In this document: positions 25,620-41,100 of the stretch, piece by piece
Numbering within the stretch: position 1 is the stretch's first letter
Layout of the letters: each line of letters starts with the position of its first letter
Assembly: GCA_010405405.1 (NCBI GenBank)
Contig: MU004235.1
Coordinates: 448,538 to 512,537 of the forward strand
Direction: 5' to 3'
DNA from: Microthyrium microscopicum
Lineage: Eukaryota
DNA length: 64,000 nt
Position numbers and translations under genes: made by a program
Notes under the pieces: model-generated
Database searches by the model: none
The model's input: only the letters and a program-made list of their open reading frames with translations
Told to the model about the DNA's origin: nothing

Positions 25620-28170
25620 TTTGATTGTGGGTAGAGTTTTGTGGTAGATGTGTTGGTATAAGGATGCGTATAGCGCGGTGTGAAGAAGTTTAGTTGGTGG
25701 CTTTGGAATGTCAGTAATGTTGGTTGAAGAGCGATGGAGGAAGATGTTGAAGGACAAGTTGATTTGACTTTATACGTGCTGGGAGGGGTAGGGAATGAAG
25801 CTTGGGCCCGATTGCTCACCTTCACTGGACGCGGTTCACTTACTAGAGGCTGGTAATTGCCTAATTGCGGTTTGGTGGAGGTGGTGATATGGACGAGTGA
25901 ACTTTGGTTGAAGTTTGGAGACAGCAAGAAAGGGCAAGTGCGGCGTTGTAGTTGTAGGCTTCAACGAGGTTTTAAGGCAAGAGCAGACTGTGGGAGGAGG
26001 CGAAGTTGACTCAACCCTGGTCAGTGGTGGCTGCCTTTCTTTGACAGGCTTAGCGTCCGCCGTCTTTGTCGCTGCCTGCGGAAGGAGCTGTCACGGCTGT
26101 TTAGTGACTAGTCTCCCAAACCAGCAACCGCGCTTCTTTGTTCAACTCACCGGTTCAGTACGGTTCTGTGCTTTCAATCCATAGCGCAAACAACGAATTG
26201 GTCCCGTCCTATTGCAAACAAGCTACATACTGAGCTTTGAGTTCTGGTACATTCCATTCCTGCCACCTTACAATACGGAGTAGACAAACAATGCCCATAA
26301 TCAGACCAAGTGAATTCTTCAACACAAACTGGGATATTCATCACCTTGGTTGAGGGTGAGCACTCCAAACTTGAGTATCAAAGTCTGAGCCAACGTTGAT
26401 CCTTGAACTTAGCAATACTCTAGCTTAAACACTGCTTGAACCTGACTTAGCCGGTAGAATCGGGGTCCAAGATTGATTCAGAAGTAGCAAATCAGCGGGC
26501 ATCCCTTTCCTACGAAGCAGATGTGAGAACAAAGCGATATGTACAAATTATGCGACTCCCAATTTCTTTGTTGTCCCAACCACTTCTTTTCGAAGAAATG
26601 AGCCGATTTGATCTGGATATTGAGGATAGTAGCTTTAAGAGTAAGAACGAAATACCACTCAGATGGGGTATCAGCCACCAGCTTAGCCAGTGTGTATGAA
26701 GAATAACTCGCGTCGATTTTGACAACCACTATCATGAGTAATGAAATTATTATTGGAGTAGAAATAGGTAATAGCAGAGACGAAACCCAAGCTAACAATG
26801 CATGCACAGTACTCATATATGTACTGCCTGTCTTGCAAGTAGTATTGTTATGTTAATAGCATTCAGAGGGGTCCATTTTGTATTGTTTGTCGTGTCTGAA
26901 TTTCTTCCGTACGTGAAAGATGTGCTTGCTTTGGAATCTTGGATTGACCGGATAGTGTGGATGCCGATAGGATTCACAGGGATCAATTGGATAGCAAGGC
27001 TGAAACAGCCACAGGTTCGCTCAACTGCAGGTTTAATAATGGCGATGCTGCTTGGCTGACTGGCTTGAGAAGATCCTGTCAGGAACTTGCAAAGACTCGT
27101 GAAAAAATCCACCAGTTTCTGTTGATGATGGCTGTTGGACTCAAACGCGTGGAGCCTTGTGGTGGCAGTCTGGCGTAACTTACTACAAGTTCTCTGCTGG
27201 GCGGGTCTTGTATAAGGCCAAATAAAATGAGAAGTAATCACGACGGTTGGAGAAGTGTGAATGTGCAACTGGAGAGGGAGTTAAATTAGTAGTAAAAGTG
27301 GGGTCCAAGCAGTGGAATCTTCCGCCAAAATTACAAGCAGTTTGAAGTGGTAAAGAATGTTCTGTTTGAAGCCTTGGGCTGGGCACTGAGCGCTTGGTGG
27401 ACGATTGGCGTCAATATGTAGATGCTAACTGGCTTGTCCATGCGGCGCTTTTATGCAAAATATGAGTAAGCAGTATATTCACAGTATGATTTGGCCAAGA
27501 GGAGATGGAGTTTGGGGCGCCGACAAAAGTTTGACGCTTTTGCCCTGGGCCCTGGCCCAACTCCTGGAGTTCACTCGCTGACACTGTCATTCTCTGCCAG
27601 TAGGCCTGTCTGCCTGTCTGCCACTGCCAACCTTGGAACATCCATCACCCGCAACTTCTCCTTACCAACACCAACAAGTCCAAATCTCAACCCAACCCAA
27701 GCAATACATACAACGCTCTACAACCTCCATCTTGCCTACCCACCGATCTTCCATCGCGCATACCCCTTACACCTTCATGGTGCCAATCACTCTGTCGTCC
27801 AGTGCTCCAGTCGACTGACCAGCTCGAGTCTGATCGATTCCCCCCTCTTGCCTACAGCTGCTTGCCAGGTGCAGCCTACTGGTTCTCCTCTACTGCTTTC
27901 ACCGCAATAGATTATCCGTCGATACAACATCGATTGCGACTGTCACAACTTCTGTCGTTTGCCTTGGTCGCGTTGTTATTGTTCAAGGAACGCTCATACC
28001 TGGATCTGGTAGGCCCCACCAAACTGTCGGAACCGCTACTCTACCATTTCTTCGCGGTTGGCAATCCACCATCGCTGTAATCCTGGCATTCCATCTTACA
28101 ACGTCCGGTATTTTCCTCCGTCATTAAGGTCTCCAAAACGCGATAGGTCGTCTCTCGACGTTTGGACGAT

Positions 28171-30952
<2,782 letters not shown>

Positions 30953-32304
30953 TGAGAGGTGAGTTCTTTTTTTATGCGTGATGAGTGCGTGATGAGAGCG
31001 ATGACTTGCGATGCGGTGGATACTGGTTGGTCAATATGTAAGAATGGGCGGTGGGATACGGTTCTTGGTCGGGTTTTTGATCAATTCCGACGGCAGCCGT
31101 ATTCGTTACACATTTTGTGTTTTGGGATAGAAGGCACAATTGATTCGGTGGAAATGTGCTGAGCGGAGGAGACCGCCGTGAGGGGAAGAGATCATTCGGG
31201 GATACCTGATCGACTACAATTCATTTCTGCGCAGTCGAAAGCGAGTATACCAAAACAAGACCTGGGAGGTATGAAAATGGCGCTGGGTTGTGTGTCGATG
31301 GCTCATGTCCGTTGAAGTTTTTTTCTTGTGCAGCTTGAGGTTTTTGGCCGCTGCTGCTGCTGTGGGCGAATGGTTTTGGTCTCCAGCGTCCCCTGTTTAT
31401 GTCGGGATGAAATGATAGATGCAAGTCGACGAATGCAACACGATACTGCAAATTTTTGTTTCTTTGGGAGTGATGTTGAGAGATCTGGAGACTAACTTAC
31501 AGGCTGCGAGGCGCACATTGGATGCTTGGTTTGTTGGGGGTTTACTCCTATTTTTGTAATGTCGGGTTTGATTGCTCTGCTGTGTTGTCGATACCGCAGT
31601 ATGGTATGCTGCTCAACACTGGAGCACCAACATGGTGTCGTTGAAGTAGGTCAGTCCGCTCCCTATCCGCGTTTCATTAGCTAACTTCATTCATAGATAT
31701 ATAGTTACGACGTGGTTGTACATCAGTTATTTCAGTTCTTTGCCATCCATGACCGGGCCAGCCAAACCATTACCTAGGACGAATGCAACTGTCCTGATCT
31801 TAGTAGTACATTATTACCACAATACGCTAAGCATTACGCAGAATTCAAGTTCAATGACGCCCTTCTTCAGCATTCCCTGACCAGTCGACAAACCCCAATG
31901 CTTAACAGAAGCCAATTTACAAATACTTGCGGCCCTCCTTCACGATCGTACTGCCAACGGCCCATGAACAGACACAATCTGCTCTTTCTGGGTCAATTAT
32001 GCGCTGTACTTGCACTTTAGATGTGAGCGCCGTATATAAGGACCAACGCCTCGAAGTCGACTTTATCCTTTTATGATGGCTTTGTTCATGGATTGTAACT
32101 ACACAATGTCTTTGTCTATTTTATGTCTATTTTCACTCCTTGAGGTCTATCTCGGAAAAACACGAGGTGTGCTTTTGGGACTTCGCGAGGCTGTGCCTTA
32201 AGAGGCAATTTGCTTCCTCCGGAAACTTACTCTCCTTCCTACCAACGAACCCACCAGTCCCATAACCAGACGAAGCTCGCTTTCAATTTTTTCACCTGAA
32301 CAAC

Positions 32305-33441
32305 ATGGTCGCTCGCCGCTATCAAGAATCCAGTCAGACTTCATTCTCTCCAGATAGAACTATCAAAGCCATGCGACCAGCAAAGAAGGGCAACTTTCGA
32401 GCGGCGCTGACTCGGCTGCGTGAGGATCGTTTCCAAGCCAATTTCAGCCTCTATCTCAACGGAGACGCGGATGATGAATACTCGAGCTCATCACCATCCC
32501 CTGCTTCACAGCAAGCCACTCCTCCCCCTTCAGTTCCATCGTCGCCAAACGCTATCACAGCCAATGCTATCGACCTGGGTACCAAGACCCCAGATTGGAA
32601 CAATTGGCAGTCAGAGAGTCCTTTGCGCAGTATCCCAAGTAGCCAGACTAACCCAAGTGCAGAGACTACGACTGACTTGGATATTGACTCTGGTATTGAA
32701 TTGGACGATCAACCTACATATACAATTTTCGACCATCTGGGTCGTCCGCGCGAAGTTTGGTTGGCGCCGGAGTGGCCATCTGCACATGAGCCGAAGACGC
32801 CGCCAAGATCGCCATTTAGCATCGAGCGCCTATGTGACCACTCAGAAACCTATCACGGATTCAATCTTCGCGATCTCCGAGACAGTCGGTATTATGGTCG
32901 ACCTGAATCTCCTACTCTAGCAAGCCAGTTGGATAAGCTCGAAAAATGGATCGAGAACCAGCCGTTCTATGAAATTGATACTCGGAGGGAGGATAGACCA
33001 GAATTATACGTGGGTGAGTTTGCACCAGACATTACTAGATGGTCTCGAGGATCATCCCCTGCGTCCAGTGTGCGAGGCTTGGCCGAGTCTAATGTTCAGG
33101 AGTCTACATATTTCGGCGACCACGAAATGACGGATTGGAGTCCTGGCGAAGCAACGGAATCCAGCAGTCACGAAGCTCTAACTCCCGACTCCAACGACTT
33201 GAGCGAGCCTGTGTCTTACGGCTCGGGAGAGTCCAGTGTCGTTGGGATTGATGAAGACGCATTCGAGGAGGACTCGGATATTTCTGAGGAAGGTCAAGAA
33301 ACAGCCCAGGTTACTTGGTGGACCAATCTTGGACTCGGCAATGTCAATGATGATAATGATGATAATGAGGAGGAAGATGAAGAAGATCTGGATGAGGATG
33401 TGGAGATGTTATGGGGCCAGTACGAATCATTGAGCGAGTAA
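32305..33441 (+). CDS. Hypothetical intronless, acidic, Ser/Pro-rich disordered protein (378 aa)
   Basis: Long ORF with ATG in CAACATGG context and a D/E-rich C-terminus; no recognisable domain. Confidence 0.65.
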   Translation: MVARRYQESSQTSFSPDRTIKAMRPAKKGNFRAALTRLREDRFQANFSLYLNGDADDEYSSSSPSPASQQATPPPSVPSSPNAITANAIDLGTKTPDWNNWQSESPLRSIPSSQTNPSAETTTDLDIDSGIELDDQPTYTIFDHLGRPREVWLAPEWPSAHEPKTPPRSPFSIERLCDHSETYHGFNLRDLRDSRYYGRPESPTLASQLDKLEKWIENQPFYEIDTRREDRPELYVGEFAPDITRWSRGSSPASSVRGLAESNVQESTYFGDHEMTDWSPGEATESSSHEALTPDSNDLSEPVSYGSGESSVVGIDEDAFEEDSDISEEGQETAQVTWWTNLGLGNVNDDNDDNEEEDEEDLDEDVEMLWGQYESLSE

Positions 33442-33976
33442 GGATCTTCTCGAAAATGATAGTTCTTCGCACTTTTCTATTCAATATTCTTACTCTATGA
33501 ACGTGTCTTCGGGCTTGCTCTACATGCAATTCTTTAAGCCATATTATAGATTATAGTAAATTCCGCTTGCCCAAATTTGATATCCTTCTTAAGTGAGCAT
33601 GACCATGGTAAACAAGACATCTCAAGATATTTTATGCTGTGCTTCTCACAAAATGGCAGATTGTGCTTCGTTATAAGTAGTTCTGATCGCTGCTAACGAC
33701 CGCTGTAACGGAATAGTGACCATACCAGCTGTTTCTAGTATTCCTTTTGGCGAAGTCCTGGTGTACACATTTCTCGCCTTGATAGTGACTTCTTCGTTAA
33801 GCAGGTGTAGGTGCTTCCACCCAACTTGGCTCCAGATCTGCTTTCATGAGGTGCAAAAACTGGACCTTCACTGACCTATTGTCCGTCACTTGAGTACCGC
33901 TTTACCAGATGTAGAAAGGCCTTGGAAATTGACCTATTTAAATCTCCTGCCATGTCTTCATCTCTCCATTTTCCCT

Positions 33977-34115
33977 TCGACTTGCATCTTCCTCCCCCGA
34001 TTTCGACTCGATACCCCATCTCTCGCCATCATCAACGAAATCGACCATCGACTTGCATCTTCCTCCCCCAATTTCGATTCATACCCCGTCTCTCGCCATC
34101 ATCAACGAAATCGAT
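33977..34115 (+). repeat. Two-copy direct repeat of about 71 bp immediately upstream of F-box paralog 3
   Basis: TCGACTTGCATCTTCCTCCCCC...TCTCTCGCCATCATCAACGAAATCGA starts at 33977 and again at 34048 with few mismatches. Confidence 0.9.
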
Positions 34116-34154
34116 CTTCGAATCCTATTATCATCAACTCAACAGAAAAAAGCC

Positions 34155-35791
34155 ATGTCATCAAGCTTGAGTCGCCGCGAGCAAACGCGCCTTACTAAGG
34201 TCGTTCAAGAGCTTCGTGATCGAGGTTATGAATTCGATGATACTCCTAATGGCCCAAGCCTAAAAATGACTACCGACCAGCAAAAGAACCATATGAAAGA
34301 CCTTGCCATCCAATTGAGACATCCAACATACTCCGGCATTAGCTATCATCCTGAGGAGCTCGCTGTTGTGGCAAGCACCTTATTCGAGCCCTTTGCCCGA
34401 CCCGTTGGTCATCCTGGCTATCGAGCTAGAAGCAGTTTCGGTAACCTGAACCGTTTCCCTGCGGAGCTTCTCGAAATGATAATCGATGGATTGGACATCA
34501 AGTCTCTTCTATCTTTCAGTCTGACATGTAACGACGCTCGAGCTGTTTTGGCTGCATCGAAACAAAAGGACTCATTGGAGCTTCTGCGTACCCACGCTTT
34601 ACCCTTGCTATGTGCTGTGCTTCGCTCAGGAGCCGGACGTGAGGTGACCCCCAGCGATCTTGTAGAGATCTTACGGAACAAAAAATGCATGATGGAAGGT
34701 TGCGGTCATACTTCTCAACAGTCTCGCCCTGTCTATGGCTATCACACCTTCAATCCACGAGTAGATTGGGGCTCTGCTGCCGAGTTTCTCTATTTGCCAA
34801 CTATGCGTAAGTGATCTTCCAGTATCACACCCAAAGAAGAGAGGCGCTGAACGTCTGTACTTGGACACGCTGACCACAACGCGCATTAAGCCTCGCTTCT
34901 CTGACTGATGCTCATTGTCCCATGAGAACCCTCACTAATATTTTCATAGAGCCAGTCTGCGGGCATGTTATGGACAAAACGATTCTTGCTGCTGTTCCAG
35001 AAGAAGTGAAGAAGCTCAAGTGGAAAAAGGTTTGTTTTTCTTATATATCAATATTTAGCATGCTACTCTAGATTAACATTACTTAGGGCGCTAAGCATTC
35101 ATCAAACGCAGCTAATGGCAAAAAATATCCAACCATATTTGCGTTGCCCGGTCTAGCTAATTTTGGCCGCGACCGGGACGATTGGCAGGATGGACGGTAT
35201 GGCATCATGTTCAACCAATTATCCCCTACACACAGCTTTATCTGGCGAACAAAGGGCGAGAATGGCGGCACTTTCTGGAAACTCAAAGGGCCTATTCGGT
35301 CTAATCCCAAAACCACCTGCGAGGCAGGACAAGTACTGGTCGCACTTCCGGACCTCACATTTGCACACCTTACAAAGTTGTCCGCCGGAGTGACTTCCAT
35401 GAGCACCGAACGATTTATTTGTCACGCATGCTACAGAAATCGCTACGATTCTGACTGTTCACCTGGAAATGCCGCAGATATCATGATACATCTCGGAGCT
35501 TGCAAGCAGGCATGGGAGTTGCTGTTGAGCCTCGAGAAACGCAAAGCAAAGGGAGTGAAACCTCGACTGGAAAAGTGGAAGCACCATACACGCTTCGTTA
35601 ATCTGGACTCTGAAAATCCGAAGAATTCCTGGCGAGTTTGCGCCGGTCTCAAAGTTGGGGAGAAATTTCCACCCAAAAAAGTAAAGAAAGTCGAACCCAC
35701 GGAGACCCTAGAGGAGAAGGCGACTCGACTAGCGAAAGAGCGAGGAAAGGCAAAATCTCGCAAGGTCCGTAGAGATGTATGGGGCTATTGA
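34155..35791 (+). CDS. F-box protein, paralog 3 (introns 34807-34949 and 35030-35086)
   Basis: F-box LNRFPAELLEMIIDGLDIKSLLSFSLTCNDARAVL; spliced FLYLPTM/QPVCGH; C-terminal FICHAC...IHLGAC...WRVCAGLK and a Lys/Arg-rich tail. Confidence 0.8.
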
Positions 35792-38149
35792 AAGTGCAAA
35801 TTGCACTTGTCGTTAAGTTAGGTACATATGCACTGCTGGATCGAAACGTTGGATCCTGCTGTCAAAATAGGATGGAATGTCGGAGTTTTGTCAGTCCTGA
35901 GATATGCTGTGCCGAAGCTATGGGGTCTTTTCCAGAGGTGGATCTGCTATAACATGAAATATGAAGGAACTCCTTCTCTGCTGTTAGAGTTACCGTCCCA
36001 ACTCATGAGAAGGTAGCACTGGAAGCGTCTATATACTGATGGCTGGCGGTGTATCACGGCGTGTACTCCCTTCTTGAAAAGCAGTTCATATAAAAGAACT
36101 TCTTCTTTATTATCAAACTTGCGATTCTTTGTAACATACTTAATCTCCCCATACCGACGATACCTCTTCTATGCTTTTAGCTCTTGCTCTAGGTATTACT
36201 TACGAGTATCTTATCTCGTCTTGCTCTCACGTCTATCTTAAGTCAAATTGCCATGGAAACTTGACCTCGATGGGGGAAATTCGCGACAGACCACCGGGAC
36301 GTATATATTGTACAGTTAAACTAAGGTTAATTATGTGACGCAAGAGATTCGTGGCAAAGGCACGTGTGCCCTACAAGGATAAAAATCTTTATAGAATAAG
36401 AAGACCTTCTTCTTGAGGATCACATATCTCGTAAATCTTGCAAATATAAAGGCAAAATCGCGGTGAGAAAGATCAAACTGACCTGCTCGTTCCGTTCTGA
36501 CGTTGAACCGGTCGGTATCATGTGAAATCTGCAGAGATAGACTTTCTACCCTTGAAGTTGGAACTTCTCCATGTCTGACTGGGGCATAGTATCCCAAGCC
36601 CACGTTCCAGGGATCCCTCCTTGACCTATCCGACCCAGTCGTCAAAGCTTGTCCTGGTTATCCCGGACCAGAGGATTGAAAGTTAAGCCAACCTGGTCCG
36701 GTTCGAAACCTGAATTCTGCCGAAAGCCCTCAGTAGCTGAATAAGGCACATGGCACTGATAGGGGTACCACGAGTCTGCTGTCCGAAGACAGGTCTACCA
36801 TGCTCCCATGTCCTGCCAAAACGGTTCGGCGTTTCTGAAATTGGAAGTTCTTAGCAGCGGAAAAGTCTAAACCGTGTTAGTTCGAGTTAAAACCAAATGT
36901 CTATCACTAATTTCTTTGCCTCTCTGGCCTGGGTTCGAGATACAAAATACCGCACGTCGTCGTAGAATATACATATTGATTTGGGGGCAGATTGCGGGTA
37001 GCGATTGCAGCTTCCATGGTGTGTTTTGAGCTTTTGTTAAATTCGTATTCACTACCGTCAAATCCCTCTCCATTAACGGAGATTAAAGCAGACGCGGCGC
37101 CAACATATAGTTAAGCCGCGTGGGTCTGGAAAATCAGGCAATAACATGATCAGTAGAATCCTAGTCTTGCCAAAAGTTTGGAGACGCGCTCGGTTCCTTT
37201 CAGCCACGATTTCACGCAACGAGAGTCAATCCTGGTGTACATCGTCAGGCTTGCATGTTGTCGTAGATTGACATACCCTCAGTGTTGAATCAGAGCATAT
37301 CTTTCACCTAAGTACGTGACTGTACTGCTTGATATCATAATCTCCGAGACTGTTTTCGACTGTTCCATGGACAAATGAGTTTTGTGATTTCTTGCTCTCC
37401 ATGTCGCAAGTTACAACGAATATAGGTTTAGCCGGGGATTGCACCGTTATAGCAAATTGCTACACATACATCTTGTGACATGATTCTCTCGTCGTAATAC
37501 TGGAGATGATAGATCCACTAATCTCCTCAAACACTGCCACTTACTGAAGCTTATGCACCCCACAAGTTGACCACTTGAAGGGTTTAAACAGGATAAAAAG
37601 ATTATGCTTGTTTCTTTTTTATGTCTAGCTATCCTAGCAAGTGCCCGTCAATAACGGCGATACAAAGGTCGTGCGAGCACTTTCCACATGTGAACTGTAG
37701 GGTTGTCCTCCACCAAGCACCGCCGATGAACAAACCCCAGCCTGAGATCTAGCTACTCCATTGCCCAATAAGGTATGGTATTACCTGGATTAACGAATGC
37801 GAGGTAAAAAGTTGATGGTTCACCCGAAGGCTCTGCTTACCCCCTCGGATTGATCGACCTGTTGTGAATCATGTTGGAAGGCACATCGTTGATGATATTG
37901 GATGGCTTACATGTCGAGAACTGGAATCACAACCAGGCTCAACTAATAGGACCGGAAAGGAGAGCTTGTTGTAAGGATAATGCTAGGGCTACTCCGCAAT
38001 TGCGGCGACGGGTGATTGACTGGATATATTGCTGGCTTGTTATCATAATATACAAATCTTCATTCAGGAACGAAGACCCTTTGATATCTCTTTTTAGCTT
38101 CAGGGACTCTGCCATTCTGCGAATTTACATATCCCAGCTCTGAGGAATC

Positions 38150-41100
38150 ATGAGTACAGATGCCCAGCATCAGTCATGCGAATCAGTCTTAGTTGGAGAT
38201 GGCAGTATGCCGCCCAAGCAAGACGGTGGCGAGCAGCAAAGGAAAAAGAAGGAGCAGGAGTACCAAAGACCGGAGGCGAAGCTATCAAACTTCCTGGTTA
38301 GTATTTGGCTTCGATGTTTGTGAATATTGCTAATCTTCTTCAGCGTATTCTTAGTTATGGAGACAAGCTCGACTTTACCCTGATCGGAATATGCACAGCT
38401 TGCGCGATCGGCAGTGGTGTAGCCATGCCTCTGATGTTTTATATATTCGGAAACGTTGTGACAGACTTTGTTGGATACTTCATACCGTTTTCGACAATAA
38501 CGCAGAAAGAATTCTTGTTGGCCATACATCGGAACACGTAAGTTCAATTGTTGAGAGCACCCGCGTATATCATCACTGCATCTTTCTGCAGCGAATGCTT
38601 ACAGTCGCGCTTCTATGTTTTACCCACTACTAGACCGAGATCTTACTAATTCCATCAGACTGTACATGGTGTATCTCGCCTCTGCGAAACTCGTTCTATC
38701 CTATGTGTCGATCGTGAGTTATGACTCCCCAACTCTCTGGAGGCAACATTGTGGTTGGCTAAAATATCCTAGCTTTCAATTCGTACCAGCGGGCTACGAA
38801 TATCTTCTAGATTACGATTGGCGTATATCACAGCCTTATTCAATCAGCCAGTCAGTGTCATCGACAAAGAGTCGCCTGGCGCAATAGCCACTCGGCTAAC
38901 CACAAACTCCAACACCATCGAATCCGGCATCTCTCAGCATTTAGCACTAGCCATTCAGGCCATCGCATTTACCATCGGCCTATTTGTTGTTTCTTTCATA
39001 AAAAGCGTTCCTTTAACCCTAGTCGCCACGGCTTCAGTACCAGTGGTCGTAATCGCATTCGCCATCGCCCTTCCACTAATGTATAAAATATCACACGAAT
39101 CGGCGGCCATCCGAGAGCAAGCTTCGACGATGGCGTTTGAGGTCTTCTCATCCATTAGACTTGTCACAGCGTTTGGCGCAGAGAAGCGCTTGGGAAAAGT
39201 TCACCACCAAATATTGGACAGGGCGAGATTGGTCGACCACAAACTAGGACCAGTAATGGGGTCGCTTATGGCTCCTATGTTTTTCACAGTTTATGCAATA
39301 TTTGCTCTTACGCTTTGGTATGGTATCAAGAGGTACAGCGAAGGAAAGATTGCAGGAGTTGGAACCATTATCGGTAAGTTTTGTCACTGTTGCCATCTAT
39401 GAGAAGCTAACATCAACTTTAGTGTAAGCAATATCACCTCTGAAGCGTATGCACATCTCGAGTAACATTGCTGATCTCAAAAATAGCGTCCTCTTTTCAG
39501 TCATGTGGGCAGTGATGTCGATATACCACCTTTATAATCCAATGATCTGGATCACAAGAGCTGCAGCCACTTCATCCGAAGTATTCGAAGTTATCGACGC
39601 ACATGTACCTGACACATCTGGATTGGCCAAAGATGACATAAATGCGTCAAATAGCGACCTCACATTTCGCGACGTGACTTTCGCTTATCCAAGTCGCCCC
39701 GATACCATTGTCTTGGACCGGCTAAACGTCGTATTCGAGAAAGGCAAAACTACAGCAATCGTTGGTCCCTCTGGATCAGGCAAAAGTACGATTGTGGGCC
39801 TGCTTGAGCGTTGGTACGAGCCGCAGATTCGGCCACAGCATGACAGCGTGGAATCACTGAACTTTTCGGTGCTTTCAAGTGTCGAGGACACGGCAGAAAA
39901 AGAAATCTACTTGGCAAAGAAGAGAAAGAGCGGTGTTTACGTGGGAGAGATGAACCTTAGTTTCGTAGATGCGACCTACTGGAGATCGAATATTGGTCTT
40001 GTTCAGCAGGAACCATTTCTCTTCAACGACACGATCTACCAAAATGTGGCAAATGGATTGGCTGGAACTCCGCACGAGAACTCGCATAAAGACGTTATCT
40101 TAGCCATGGTGCGGAAGGCGTGTCAAGAAGCTCTTGCGGAAGAATTCATCATCCGTTTGCCAGAGGAATATGAGACCGTGGTTGGAGAAGGCGGCTTGCG
40201 ACTGAGTGGAGGCCAACGCCAGCGACTGGCCATCGCTCGCGCCATCATAAAAAATCCGGCTATACTAATATTAGATGAAGCAACATCGGCAATTGACGTA
40301 AGATCAGAAAGAATCGTTCAAAAGGCACTCGATAGAGCATCAGAGTCCAGAACCACAATCGTCATCGCCCATCGCTTATCAACAATCAAACATGCGGACA
40401 AGATCGTGGTGCTGAAAGCAGGATCCGCTCCAGAGGAAGGGACACACGAGGAGCTGTTACGACTTGACGGAAGTTATTCAAGATTAGTGCGAGCACAAGA
40501 GATTGAGCTTGTAGGCCAGGATGATACTCACACTTTGGCGGAAGCCGAAGACAGATCAGAGGCTGAGCAAGCCTCCTCTCAGAGAAGCTCAACTCTCTGT
40601 GGCTCGATAAACGATGAAGCTGCGACAAGCCCAAAAGCTTACAGAGAGAAGGGGTTTGTAAGAGCGCTAGGCCACTTGATCATTGAGCATCCATCCATGT
40701 GGAAGCTCTTTTCCTTGACATTGCTCGCTTCGGTATGTGCAGCTGGAGCATATCCTCTTCAAGCATGGCTTTTCTCTCAGGTGATCGAGGTGTTTACATA
40801 CACAAAAGATGTGATGATACACAAAGGAGAGTTTTGGGCCTTAATGTTTTGCGCACTCGCTGTTTCCTCAGGCGTGTCATTTTTCGTAATCGGGTGGTCC
40901 GCAGCTATCACCGGTGTTGTAAGTTAGAAAAGAAACTATTTGGTCTTGCCCCTCTAATTTGTCTCTAGAACCTTGGATGCCACTATCGACAAGAGTTCTT
41001 CGAGAACATTGCCAGGAAACAAATACCGTTCTTTGATCAACAGAACAACTCTCCTGGAACACTCACCTCTCAAATATCCACCGACTCTCTCCAATTGCAA

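Noticed and set aside
25800..28150. Short ORFs (60-150 aa) between SKP1 and CLA4
   Set aside because: Mostly non-ATG starts with no motifs or consistent splice structure; best read as promoter and long 5' UTR sequence.
33977..34115. Direct repeat considered as a CRISPR-like array
   Set aside because: Only two adjacent copies, no spacers, and a eukaryotic context.
36650..36715. GGTTCGAAACC T-loop-like motif with a 9-bp inverted repeat (CCGGACCAG/CTGGTCCGG), considered as a tRNA
   Set aside because: No acceptor stem, D-arm or A-box could be folded; a short inverted repeat of this size is expected by chance.
35800..38140. 2.3-kb gap before the ABC transporter with a few short ORFs
   Set aside because: No recognisable protein, repeat or RIP signature by eye.
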